Of a stretch of DNA of 64,000 nucleotides, positions 1-12,659 are shown one piece after another. This DNA is from Paraspadella gotoi. Lineage: Eukaryota > Animalia > Chaetognatha. The stretch spans positions 3,699,530-3,763,529 of the forward strand of contig CM119266.1 in the NCBI GenBank assembly GCA_051294375.1, given 5' to 3'. The stretch's first letter is position 1. Each line of letters begins with the position of its first letter. The translations under genes were made by a program, and so were the position numbers. Below the pieces are notes generated by a model. The model did not search any database, was not told the DNA's origin, and saw nothing but the letters and a program-made list of their open reading frames with translations.

Positions 1-1141
1 TTGTTCCATCATTCAAATAATTTTTTTGTTCTTGAGTGCTCCACTCTAATCCACACTGTGGATTCCTAATGACTTCCCTCTGCATTGGCAATGCGAGACT
101 GTCCTAGGGTAACCGCGCTCAGACGCTGTCGGAATTGCGGAATTTTCACGTCGCGCCTACAAAAGATTTTCATCTTCCTCCCAATGAATCCATGATAATA
201 AACTCGCGATCCAAATTCTGACTGAGCTTTACCAAGAGAGAAGAGAGAGCGAGAGAAAGATATCTGTCTCTCTCGTTCCGCTGACTGTCTGTGGCCACTG
301 GTTCCTTTTCCAGCGCAGATAGAATATAAAAAGGTCTATTCTGATAAAAAATTTATATTTAATTAAATTAAAAACAAAATAACTTTTCAATAAATTATTT
401 TATTTCATCGAAACGCGAAGAGATCGTTAATGGATTTAAAATCGCTTTAAAAACAAAATTAATGAAAATTATTGGTTGAGCGCTTTCTTAAAAATTTGTT
501 CAAAGACGTAACATATTTAGCGGTTCTATCACTTTCAGAGACAATAGAAATATTACAAATACAATATTACAGAAAGACAGGTAAAAGGAGAGGGTAATTA
601 AATAGTTGTGGTGAGTGTTAGAGAAACGGAGGGAGAGAAATAGTCTGAGAGATACTATGTGTGACTTACAATTACACAGAGATATTAATCTTCTCATACT
701 AATCTTAATCTAATCTTAATCTTCTCATACTAATCAATACTTTATTCAACTTTATTTTCTTTTCTTTTCTTTTCTTTATGCTCATCTTTGGCATCGACAC
801 TTAACAGAATTATTCCAATTTTAATTTATTATTTAACTTTGTGATACCATGATATTTAATAATATAGTGACGATGCCTATTACGCATTGTGTAAGATTTA
901 AACTACGAATAAACCCGTTGAAGCCCGGGACGACGACACCAATGACTGGAGGTCTAGACTCTAATATAAGGTCATGTGGCCATTGAGGGAAAGGAGAAAG
1001 AGAGTCGAGGTAGCTCGGCCACACTACTGTCAAATGTGCGAAGTAAAAAAAAGTCATCAAAATATAACTGATCACATCTGACAGATTATAGATGATCTCG
1101 TATCGAGCTTCAGGTTCATAAACGAAGCAGAAATAAAACAT

Positions 1142-1396
1142 TGTGGCGGTATATTTACACCGTCTCACGTCCACCATCCTTCAGCCAAATCCATTGGCTC
1201 AGAGGGGGAACACACCATCCCAGGCGTAGTGTTCCATCCACAGTCCTAACGACTTCCCTCTGCGTTGGCAAAGCGAGACCGTCCTAGGGTAACCGCGCCA
1301 GTGACTGGAGGCGTCACTGAGGGTCGGAAGCCCCCAAAGCCAACAGTGAGATGCCCCATCCCAATGGGCATCACAGGCAACCCGGCTGTTGCCATA
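1142..1396 (-). mobile_element. 255-bp solo-LTR-like structured element, family A, copy 1
   Basis: Reads TATGGCAAC...GCCACA on the minus strand; 4-bp TSD ACAT (1138-1141/1397-1400); near-identical to copies at 28327 and 33448. A diverged fragment lies at ~47-120. Confidence 0.9.
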
Positions 1397-1750
1397 ACAT
1401 TTTCAATCAGTTCGGACAGAAAAGACCCTTACACAATATTACATTTTTATGCTGCGCATGTTTTATACATTAATTTTAGAAGTATTGATTATTAAACTTA
1501 CCATTATAAAACAATCAGGACTAATTCGAAAGTACGTTACGAAAGGACCGTTATGATCCAAAATTCTGATTCTAATTTTAATTCTTATTTACGCTTCCTC
1601 TTTACTGGCGAATAAAATGCGCCCCTTCGGCGAAGGCTTCGCTTCACGGGCAAACGGGACTTTGACTATTCGTTTTTCTGATTGGTCAATTCGCCGACCA
1701 ATTGAAACCCGAATCAAATTTGGTTCGTGAAATGACGACGAAGATGAAGT

Positions 1751-4700
1751 TTAAGCTACGAAATGATTGACGCAAAATTCCTTAATTCTTCCCAAAGCCT
1801 CGATCATCATTTCTTCAGGGACCGTCAGGACGACTCGGAAGAAATTTGGGTATTCGAAGACCTGAGAGGGTGGAAGAGGAAAGGAGGGAGCAATGGAGGA
1901 AGGGAGAAAGGAAAGTTGGGGAGGAGGATGAGGAAGGGAGAAAGGAAAGTTGGGGAGGGAGGAAGGAGGAAAGGAGGGAGCAATGGAGGAAGGGAGAAAG
2001 GAAAGTTGGGAGGGAGGAAACAGGAAAGGAGGAGCAATGGAGGAAGGGAGAAAGGGAAGTTGGGGGAGGAGGAAGAGGAAAGGAGGGAGCAATGGAGGAA
2101 GGGAGAAAGGAAAGTTGGGGGAGGGAGGAAGAGGAAAGGAGGGAGCAATGGAGGAAGGGAGAAAGGAAAGTTGGGGAGGGAGGAAGAGGAAAGGAGGGAG
2201 CATGGAGGAAGGGAGAAAGGATAGTTGGGGGAGGGAGGAAGAGGAAAGGAGGGAGCATTGGAGGAAGGGAGAAAGGAAAGTTGGGGAGGGAGGAAGAGGA
2301 AAGGTGGAAGCAATGGAGAAGTGGAGAAAAGGAAAGTTGGGGGAGGGAGGAAGAGGAAAATAGGGAGCATTGGAGGTATGTAGTCGGGCATTGCATAAGT
2401 TCACCCCGATTATAAGCGTGACACCTTCAGTCATGACCCAGTGGCTCATTGAGTAAAGCCATGACCACTAGGTACCGGGTTCAATTAATGGGAGGGGGTT
2501 GTTAGTGTTGTATTCTGGAAACAGAGGGTTATACTACTTCCTGCCCTAGATTTATATTATCATTATATTATATATTACTAAGTGGCATTGAATTTGTGAC
2601 AATACAAGTATGAAATATATGCCTCGCTAGTACTTGAATCCCAACTGAAAAATAATTGAGAAGTAGGAAAGTTTTAAAAACTTGCTGATTTTTAGCCGGA
2701 TCTTGTCGGTCCCACCCCAAATTCTTGTCGGTAAGTGAATTACATTGTCTCAGAATATCGAATTATAATAAATTATGCAAAAAAGTTGATGTCCGTCTGT
2801 CCCTGTTATCTTTGAACGCCAATTACTCATGAGTGGATGAGGCGATTGTATGTGGATAGAAAAGTGGGTGATTGAGCAGGAAATCTAGTTTCGTTGGAAT
2901 CGTCTAAGTGGAAATGAGTGACATTTACTTGGATTTTTTTTATAATTAGATGGATGGATTAGAATGAAATTTTGTTTGGGAAAGTGTGTGATTGTGTGTG
3001 ATTGAGCAGGAAATCATATTTCGATGGAATCGTCCAAGTGGAAATGAGTTAACACGGAAAATAAAAATTTCACAATTAGATTTTTTTTTATTAAATATAA
3101 ATTCAAGCTGAATTAATTAATTTTGTGATCGAGATTGCTGTTTTGTGATTGGGTGGTTCTTTTTTCTCTTTCATTTTTGACATTCCAGACAAAAGACTGA
3201 CTGTCCTCTGAGAATCTTACCAGACAAAAAACCGATTGTCTCTGACAATCTTACTGTAGTAGGCAAACCAGATACTAATTGTATTGTGACTATCTTCACT
3301 GGCAGATAAATGAGCGATTGTTCTGAGAGATATCTTTCCGCCGCTGCCAGAAGAAAGATCGATTATTTTCTGACCAACTTACCGACGCTGGCAGACAAAA
3401 GACCGATTGTTCTGTGACCATCTTTTCCGTGAAGTCAACGTCACTTTTGAAGCCCGGGAATTTCTCCATATTAACACCGACCATCAGGTACATGGCTCCT
3501 CGTGGCCGAACAGGCGTCAGACCCGGGCAGGTGGAGAGCGCAGAGAAACACAGTTTCGCGTTTTTCTGAGAAAAAGAATATTTGTTAAAAAACTTAAACA
3601 CTGAAATACTATACACTAAAATATAAAGATATAAATCAAGCTGATTTCATAAAAAAATTCATCAATTACATGTTGGTGGCATCTTTGCCAAACTTCTTAA
3701 ACTTGGGACATTCAATCTCTCATTTTAGAAGAAAAATTTTTCAACTAATTAAAATAAAACAGTGTTGCAGCCATGTGATTATATGATTTTTTGCTGTCTC
3801 ATTAAACTGTTGTTTTCTTGACCAATAGAGGCATAACTCATGGGTCCTAGCATCATTGACTGACACGCTCAAAATCAAATTTATCAATAGGAATAAAGGA
3901 AGGGGCCTTTTCACAGCTCGCCTCACGAGCCTCATACTAATTTAACCGGAGTACAAAATGAAGATTATAATTCTTGAGGTTTAAATATCCGTACAATTCA
4001 AAATAAGTATTTATTATAATATCTACATAAGACTTTCCTTCCTCCCACCAATTCTTGGAAGCAGACTTCAATGACCACCCTTCAATGCCCACCCTAACCT
4101 CTACGATTCCGATGTATTCCTCAAAGAACCGGTCTGGCACTCCCTTCAGAATTTCCGGGATCGCAGCTTGGACCAGTGTGTTGGGACCAAGGATCCTTTG
4201 AGAGAGAGAAATGAGACCCGGGCGAATTTCAGCCTCGAATATTCCATCTCGGTCGTGGATGAGAATCCATCCCATTCGCCAGCCGGGCACAATCCATCTG
4301 GGATGGAAAAATCAAAAGGTAAAGTCGCTTTGCTTTGTCTTTCCTTTCTTCTCTTCCTTACTTCTTAGTCAGTCCCCCGCAGGACAGAATGGGCACCGTC
4401 TTTGTCAGCGTCGCCATTGGAACGAATTTCTCTCCAGAGAAAACGAAGTCAGCATAAATTTCATCTGCGATGATTGGGACTTTGTGAGTCTCAGCGACGG
4501 TGATTATCTGAAAAGGAATTCTCATGTGATATTTGCCAATCGTTAAATCATTAGGTCCTCTTGACGTTACAGCTTTTTAAAAAGAAATTTATGATTCTGA
4601 AGAGACAGAAAAATTGTAGTTTTCTACAGTGCACTGTTTGTTTCTATTGAGACAGAAACAAAAGGCATTTAAAACAGATTTCTTCTTGACATCTTTGAGA

Positions 4701-6563
4701 TGAAATTAAAATTTGAAACAAAATAACATAAATAACCAACTTGTTTGAGATGCTTTGCTGAATAATTTGATCCACATGGATTGGACGGATTATTGACAAC
4801 AACGGCGGACACTTTATCTGACGACATCAGAGATGAAAGTTGATCCAAATTCACTTCCCAATCTTGGTCCGGCTGATTAGGGGGCGTTGGTCAAGGGCTT
4901 AAATTGTAATGTCACATTTTCAGGGAAGAACTTATTATTTCTTTTTAGAATCTTTTGTCTGTATTTTCACTGTTTTATATTTTACACGATGTTACGGGTT
5001 GAGGTTTTGTAGATGTGAGATTTAAAAAAAGATGACAAATGTCCTTAAAATGTCTTAAAATCACTTAATACTATCCACTTCACAATTATCACATACATCT
5101 GATTTTCACTCACAATCTTTTAAGTGTACTTCCTTAAGATTGCAACTCAAATTTTTTACCCGCAAATCGTAATATTGAACATCGATTCCCAAACCGAGAG
5201 CGAGGGTCTTGTAGAGCGAAAAACCAGGACGGGGGATGAGAAGAGTCGAACCGGCGCCACAGAGACATGATATGCAGAGATCAATGGCGCTGGAACAACC
5301 GTTGGTCAATATCACGTCCTGGGTGAAATGGTCAGGGTGTCGATAGACAAAGATACGCAGTCAATGATTGACAACATGCTTGTCTCAAAGCCATCAATCT
5401 GATTACTGGTCCCTTCATGCATTAGAATCTCCTACCACTCTTTCGATGACAAACGTTATTGAAGCCGCTTACCTTTGATGTGAGCTCTGCTTGTGGACTC
5501 GAGTAATGCTTGGCCACTGCTTGCCTCGCTTCCTCGTATCCTATCGAAGGAGCATAACCATGATGCTTCTTTCCACGAATGATTTCGATGACTGCAGACT
5601 TGGCTTCGTCGGGTGGATTGAGATTTTCAAAAGTCGTTGGGTCACCTGTGGATGTTGGTCCTTGTCATTGCGATTGCATTTGGATTTGTGTCGTTATTAG
5701 AAATATTGGTTTTAAAGTTCTGGCGATCAGATTAAGAACCTGTCATTGCTCTTGCCTTCATTGAGGTCCTTGCTACATTCGTCATCCTGTCATTGCTGTG
5801 AACATTGTTGTCATTATCACTGATGTTATTGTCATCATTGCTGTTGTCATTGTCGTTGTCAGCATCGTAAATGTTTTTATTATTGAAAAAACAAGTTTAT
5901 CTCACGATTACCTATTGACAAAGCGATCATTTGCTTCTCAGGATTTGGAGTTAATTTCATCTGATCCACCAGACTACGAATCGGATTCACGGTCTTTTTC
6001 GCCAAGAAAGAAGACTCGACCTTCCAACTTAAGAAATTGAGGAAAACAGATTATTTAAATACATTTAGTCTTCTAATAATAATATCGCAGAGACAGAAAC
6101 AACGTCATTGTGGTGGCAGCCGTACAATTCAAAATAATGCTTCAAAAAAGACATTTGAAACAGTAAATTGGCTAAGAATGCCAAAGTGAATGAGTATTAT
6201 TCTGCTTAGTTTCTTTTTAATCGATTGATTGATTGGTTTTTTTCATCCTAACCTCTCAGTTCTCCTCATTTTTGTCATTGGTTCCTCATCGCCTCCTTTG
6301 CTCTGCCCCGAGTTGGACACTTTGATTCCATTACGAACTCCGTTGACGACGGGACATTGATGTAGTAAAGACACATCGCCCTCAACGTGATGGTGAGAAG
6401 TCCCGTTAGCGACGGCGCTTTGATGGATATGAGTGCTGGAGTTGGAGGAGCCGTTAGAGTGAGCCGCGTCTTTCGCGATGATGTTGTGGCTGATGTTGTG
6501 GCTTTTTGATTTGAGTTGAAATTCGACTTTTTCTGCTGATTTGTGAGTTAAACGCGAAGACAT
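1751..6563 (-). CDS. TAT: Tyrosine aminotransferase (PLP-dependent class I aminotransferase), 9 exons, ~509 aa
   Basis: complement(join(1751..1861,3383..3565,4099..4297,4362..4507,4741..4872,5160..5318,5473..5645,5912..6027,6253..6563)) = 1530 nt; all introns GT-AG with compatible phases. Motifs typical of TAT: [68 protein letters not shown]-lysine region [45 protein letters not shown]. Confidence 0.96.
1868..2377. repeat. Purine-rich ~55-bp tandem repeat in the last TAT intron
   Basis: About 9 units like GAGGGAGGAAGAGGAAAGGAGGGAGCAATGGAGGAAGGGAGAAAGGAAAGTTGGGG; explains the six overlapping spurious ORFs. Confidence 0.95.
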
Positions 6564-8111
6564 TTTCGATTCCTTTTTTTTCGTTACTAATATTAAAACC
6601 TCTTTAGCATAGGTTTGTTTAATCTCGGGTCGGTAAAATAACTAAATTGACAGTTTTTGTTTTAAATTTAAATTAAAAAAAAAATAAAACTTGGATCGTT
6701 TGTTGTCGTTGTTGTTCCTTTTTTTATTTTCTTGACAAATTGGATGTTGAGCGAAAAAAGATTTCGAAAATTCTGATAAAAGAAGAAAAGAGAATAAAGT
6801 AAATTTTAAACTCATTTTATTATTATAACTAAGAAAGAAATATTTTTAAATTTGAACCTACAACTTTGAAGGTTAAATAATATAGTGGTTTTTCTTAAAA
6901 TAAATGAATGAGCGCAATAGCTAACCACAATTTGTTTCTCTTAGTTTATATTTTTATTGTTTATAAGTTATTATAAAGTTGGCTTTTAGAACATATCGTC
7001 AAAGATAGAGTGCGATCAACTCTCGCCTTTTCTGTCCCCGATTTTCAATTCCCGATTCCAAATTTTTCATTCCTTATTTCTTCTTATATACGTAGAAGCA
7101 AAATTGTTTGTCCTGCGATTTTGCCAAGAGAAACGACTTGGCTTCCATCCCAGGATTCGATCTCTGGACTTAAAGAGGAAAAGCTTAGTGTGAGAAAAGT
7201 CAGTGACAGTGGGAAAGGATTGGACCGACGAAAGCGGTCCAAGTTTGGCCGACGAACCGACAGACAGACGGACTGATAGGACGGATTGAGAATATAAGTC
7301 TGAAAAATAGACTATCTGTCCAGAAAATTGGCTTTTTTTAATAAATCAAATTTAAAAAAAAAAATGTATTGTGAAACTTCGTTTTGAACAAACAAAAACT
7401 GAAATTAAAATTTGTAAACAAAATTATAATCTCGCGGCGATAGAGGAAGACTGACAAAAAGGGAGGTCGAATGTTTTATAAAGTATAATATATTACATGA
7501 CCACAACATATTATTCCTAAAGAATTGTATCTTTTTATTAAAAATTTTATAGAAATTTAAAATAGCTGATAGATTGGAATGTTTTTCAAAGAAAATTCCA
7601 GGACGCGAGTAAATTTTAATAAATCAATCCGAATTTAGTGAAAATGATTGCATAAGAGTGAAAGGTTAAATTTCTTTTTTTTCCTTTAATTTTTACTCTT
7701 TGATCTCATCAACCAAAGTTTACATAGACTCATCAATTTACGTCTTTCAATTATTTTTTAACAGATAACATTTTTAAAAATGTTTAAAGTTACACTCTAA
7801 TTTGATGTATAAGTTTATTAATTTTTTTGGCGAACCTAAAAAGTTGGTTAAGTTTTCTAGTAAGGTTTTATACTAGAGTGAAATATCTTTTTAGAATTAA
7901 TTGAGAAATAATTTTGACTATTATAGTTTATCAATTAAATTTAAAATCAATCAATATTATTTTTAACTTTCACTTGCGCGGCAGAAGGTTTGAACAATAA
8001 CCGAAACATGTCCGTTGTTTGTAAAATTAAAAACTCTTTACTTACTTATATCGAAACGCAAGGAAAAAGAAAGGAAACTATACTTTCAATAAAACATGAT
8101 CGGAAATTCAA

Positions 8112-8326
8112 ATGTGTTGCACCGCAGTGACTTTCTTAGCCCGTCTTTTATTCTTCATAGTTTTCTGATTTCCTGAAGGCGGTGCTAGCAGTCACTTAAA
8201 TTTGAGGTTTTTTCCTGTCTTAATAAGTGAGCAATCGACAGTAGGCGAATTATACGCATTATACGACAGACCGACCGAAAAGTGTCTCATAGAGTTGCTC
8301 TGCGAGTACACGCGGCGCAACTAAAA
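8112..8326 (-). mobile_element. DINE-1/Helentron-like element (family H2); related copy ~34320-34910 (+), end fragment ~17275-17300
   Basis: TTTTTAGTTGCGCCGC start, inverted GCGGTGCAAC near the other end, GGTC microsatellite; shared internal sequence with 34320-34910. Confidence 0.65.
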
Positions 8327-8689
8327 ATTCTAAAAGAGAGAGAAAGAAAATATAATTAAACCTTTCTCGAGCTCTTCGAAATATTTAAAAAACCTTTTAA
8401 TGTACAGTTGTATCATTTTTATGAAATCACGTGATAAGAATAAAAAAAGGAGACAAAATACTAAAGAAGTGTTCCATTAAGTGAGTTAAAAATTACAAAA
8501 AATTATGTTTAAAATACGAAAATTTAATTAATATAGCCTACTCTGTAAATTGCAAAATTTATAAAACAATTTTGTTACACATTAATGCTCATTAGTACAA
8601 GGTTGTTAATACCTTACCTTAAGAATTTTAGTTAAATTTAGAATTTTTATTAATACTTTTATTCATACTAGTCTCTTGACCATGCAGAA

Positions 8690-9302
8690 TAAGGCGTAGT
8701 GAAAGTTACATACAAAAATTTTAAAAGTCAATTATGAACAACATACCATCAGTGAACATTAATTTGTAAAAAAAATTAATTTTATGTTTTTTAATTTTCG
8801 CAGTAGGCTATATTTATATATAGTACTATCCTTATAAAATCGAAAAATTTCAAAATAGGCTTTTCTTAATTTTGATTGCAGATTTGAATTCCTCATCAAA
8901 AGTTGATAAAAGAAAATATAAATCTTTTTTAAAAATTATTTTATTAAGCGAGTTAAAAATTAAAAAAACTATATTTAATATATAAAAAGTTTATTTTCAG
9001 TTTAAAATATAGCTTTTTCTAATTTTTGACCCACTTAATGAAAGAATTTTTCAAAAAGAGTTATATTTCTTTTTATCAACTTTTTATGACGAATCCAAAT
9101 CTGCAAAAAAATCTTAGAAAAAACTGTTTTGAAATTTTAACATTTATTGGTTTAGTACTAGTATAAATATGGCCTACTGCGTAAATTGTAAAATTTATTA
9201 TAAATTTTTTTATTATATAAATGTTCATTAGTATAATGTTGTTCGTTCCTCACTTTTAGAATTTTAATTAAAGTTAAATTTAGAAATTTTACTACGCCTT
9301 AA
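8690..9302. mobile_element. AT-rich fold-back MITE with TAAGG...CCTTAA ends (Kolobok-like)
   Basis: TAAGGCGTAGT ... ACTACGCCTTAA ends with long degenerate inverted arms; related fragments at ~8380-8650, 15830-16920 and 37250-37620. Confidence 0.6.
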
Positions 9303-10054
9303 TGCAGAACTACAGTCACCTAATAGAATGTAAATAGTGAAATTTTTTTGTAATATTTACTTAACAGAGAGGTAATAATCCATACGTAAGATGCTCTGGA
9401 CCAAATGTTTTGTAATTGTGTATTTCCGTGATCAAGAATGATCATAAAAATCAACTTTTATTGTCTAATAATAAATAAATAATAAACCATTTAACTTCTA
9501 TTTTAATGAGAAAATCGTGAATTTAACGACGAAGTAAAAGTTAACAGAGAATAAACTACACCACGCATGAGGCGATCGAGAGAGAGAGAAAGAGAGAGAG
9601 AGANNNNNNNNNNGAGAGAGAGAGAGAGAGAATGAGAATGGGGGAAAAAGAGCGAGGAAGACAGTGAGAGAAAGTTGAGCATGAGAGAGAGAAAAAGGGA
9701 GAGAGAAAGAAAGAGAGAGAGAGAGAGACATTCGACCCTTCACATTCATCACCGTTATTTTTTTCAACAAATGAAAAAAAAAGAAGTATGATCATTAAAC
9801 ATTATATATATAAATAAACACAGGGCATTTAAAGATAACAAAATACAAGTCTATAAGATATCAAACTTCATTTATTGAGATTTTACTGTAAAAAATCCAA
9901 AGAATTTAATTTTTTTCTTTATTATCCTCTTGTCGGAAATAGGCATTTTTATTGTAATATGTATATAATAAGCTAAAATTTCAAAATTCAAATTTTAAAA
10001 TTGTAAGACCAGATTTGACTTCCTTTAAAAAAGTTGATAGAATAAAGTATAAAC

Positions 10055-10695
10055 TATGGTGGACTAAAGTCTACTGTTTATCAGCGGCCATTGGTGCCGG
10101 AGGCAAGTCATTCGCCTCCCAACCCAAAGGTCCGGGGTTCTTGCCCGGTGGCCGCCTAGCAGTTAAGAGGGATGGGGCGCTTAACCCGCCTGTAACATGG
10201 TGTTACAGCCTGATCTTAAGCTCAGGGACTGATTATATTGAACGGTTCTGTCACCAACACATAACAATAATTACTGTCTCTTCATTGGTGAGCCCGACTT
10301 CTGAACACAACAGAAACAACAACACTTTCAGGCGACATGCCTCAACCTGGCGATGCACTTTCCGCCAACAACACATCAGGCAACATGCCTCAACTTGGTG
10401 ACGAACTTTCCACCAACAACAATAATTCACTGAAGAGACGCATCAGACGGGAGGGGGGATGTATGCTGGACTAAAATCCACCAACCGTTTATCAGTAGCC
10501 ATTGGTGCCGGAGGCAAGTCATTCGCCTCCCAACCCAAAGGTCCGGGGTTTTAATCCGGTGGTCGCCTAGCAGTTAAGAGGGACGGGGCGCTTAACCCGC
10601 CTGTAACACGTTGTTACAACCTGATCTAAAGCTCAGGAACTGCCTATATTGAATGGTTCTGTCACTAACACATAACAATAATTACTGTCTCTTCA
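10055..10695 (+). mobile_element. Complete TRIM (non-autonomous LTR retrotransposon) with a tRNA-like sequence in both LTRs
   Basis: LTR1 10055-10284 and LTR2 10462-10695 (both TATG...TTCA); PBS TGGTGAGCCCGAC 10286-10298; PPT GGGAGGGGGGA ~10449-10459; TSD AAAC (10051-10054/10696-10699); 177-bp non-coding interior. Confidence 0.93.
10084..10155 (+). ncRNA. tRNA-like (Gly-CCC-like) cloverleaf inside TRIM LTR1; second copy at 10495-10566
   Basis: 72 nt; acceptor stem GCGGCCA/TGGCCGC, CTCCCAA at the anticodon-loop position, T-arm CCGGG-GTTCTTG-CCCGG. The anticodon stem pairs poorly, so this is not a functional tRNA gene. Confidence 0.7.
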
Positions 10696-11878
10696 AAACT
10701 ATTTAAAATAAAATTGTTATTAAGTTGGCCAAAAATAATACTAATTATATTTATTGTATCTTTTTTTAATTTTCAGCTTAAAAATATTTAGAAAATTTGT
10801 TATTAAGTTGGCCAAAAATAATACTAATTATATTTATTGTATCTTTTTTTAATTTTCAGCTTAAAAATATTTAGAAAATTTGTCTGACTTTTGTACAACA
10901 AATTGTTGAGTCAAATTATTTCTGCATTTCAATAATAAAATTCCTTGTACAAAAGCCAAAAATTTTTAAAAAATATTTTTAAGCTGAAAATTAAAAAAAG
11001 ATACAATAAATATAATTAGTATTATTTTTGGCCAACTAAATGACAATTTTTTTTAAATGGTTTATACTTTATCAACTTTTTAAAAGGAAATCAAATCCGG
11101 TCTTACAATTTTAAAATTTGAATTTTGTACAACGAATTGTTGAGTTGAAACATGTCTGCTTTTCAATAATAAAATTCCTTGTACAAAAGACAAACAAATT
11201 TTCTAAATCTCCAAAAACAACGAAAAAGAAAGAATTATACCAAAAATTTAATTTTTTTACAATTTTGACTAATTTAACGACAAAATTTTTAAAAATAAGT
11301 TATACATTTTTTTCAGGAATTCAAATCCGGTTTTTTAAATTAAAATAATATCATTTTAAAATTTTAGCTTATTATATCATTTAAGGAAAAACTCATGGAT
11401 GATATATTTACAATTATATATATATATATTGGTTGTACCAATTTCATATAAATATGGCTTATTGGATTTAAGTATTACTTAAAATTTTAAAGTAAGCTTA
11501 CAAAAACATTTTTGCAGGTCATTTTTTTGTAAGTTAAAATTTAAAAAAAAAATTTTTTACCTAATTTTATTAACATATTTATTCATAAAAAATCTCATTT
11601 CCGACAAGAAAGATGGCATTTCAGTATAAAATCGTTATCATTAACATCATAATTATCATCATTTTTATCATCATTATTAGGACTTTTTTACACCAAAAGC
11701 ACGATGAATGAAGTGTGATATCTTAGATTTTGTTATTTGTTATTCACTGAATAATTCAGATATCAACTGCATTTGTTGACCCCGTTTGGCAACAATAGAA
11801 TCTGTAATCATCTCTTCAGTATGTCATCATGTCTCTTTTCAGTATGTCATCGGACTGTCTTATGTCTCTCTATAGTTA

Positions 11879-12659
11879 GGACTAAGCTCTGACAAAAAAC
11901 CCAGAAGTTTTTTTTAATTCTTATACCGGCCAATGTAGAATGATGGCAATATTCCTATTGTTAAGTTTTAAAAAAATCCGACCATAAATATAGAAAATAT
12001 TAAACAAAATCTTCCGAAAATCCACCCCTTCTTTGGAAGATTTTCGCCATAGAAGATTTTTCCCGAGTCTGAATCCCGGTTGAAAACTCTTAGAATTCCG
12101 ATCATTAGCTCCTCTTTTACTTTTAGTTTAAATAAAAATTTCACTGAAATCGACTATTTCACTTTACCATGATCGTATCATACTAAAATAATTAAATAAA
12201 ATGTAAAGAAAAATTTTGAGAGCCCTTCAGACACTTTGCCAGAGGATTCCTGAATTTGGCGTCATCTGTGAAACCGGAACATATCTCAAATATAGGACAA
12301 GATAGCTTATTTATTAAATGAATGGATAAAATTTTTATATAGGTTGTACCAATTTCATGTTTATATTGTGTTGAAGGGAAAAAAATCCCTTTCATTTCTA
12401 TATAAAATTAAAGATGAAAATTTTTCCATACATAAGTTTTTTATTTGTTCTGGCTTGGTTTGATATCAAGATGTTGATGATTTGACAAGAGGATAAAAAT
12501 GCGAGCCTTTCAGATGTAACAGGATCGGAATCAAGTGTTTTTACATCGATTTTTTACCGGAATTTTTTCCAGGAGCGTTTATATTGTTTGGTAGTCAGAT
12601 TTGAACGAAAATCTCTATTGAAAAAATCTTTCTCGATCTCTCAGAACGACGTCGGCTCC
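11879..12659 (+). mobile_element. Unclassified ~650-780-bp dispersed repeat with TA|GGA...TCC|TA ends; copies 12799-13443, 17457-18175 and ~25990-26640 (-)
   Basis: Four alignable copies; the three plus-strand copies share both termini and are flanked by TA; no real TIR or ORF. Confidence 0.8.

Larger units (their letters stand above)
9926..11612. mobile_element. AT-rich fold-back element hosting the TRIM
   Basis: TCTTGTCGGAAAT ... ATTTCCGACAAGA ends; internal inverted arms (~9985-10790 vs ~10975-11127); 83-bp tandem duplication at ~10716-10882. Confidence 0.6.

Noticed and set aside
1142-1396. Hammerhead ribozyme in family A (CTGAGGG, CTGAAGG)
   Set aside because: No CUGAnGA plus GAAA core with the required stems on either strand.
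1265-1495. ORF MAKRDRPRVTAPV.. repeated at 28195-28458
   Set aside because: TTG-started chance frame inside the family A element; diverges at the element boundary.
1763-2449. Six overlapping 137-232-aa ORFs
   Set aside because: Produced by the stop-free purine/pyrimidine tandem repeat; only 1751-1861 is a real TAT exon.
10084-10155. Functional tRNA-Gly gene
   Set aside because: Anticodon stem does not pair, T loop is non-canonical, and it lies inside an LTR; kept only as tRNA-like.
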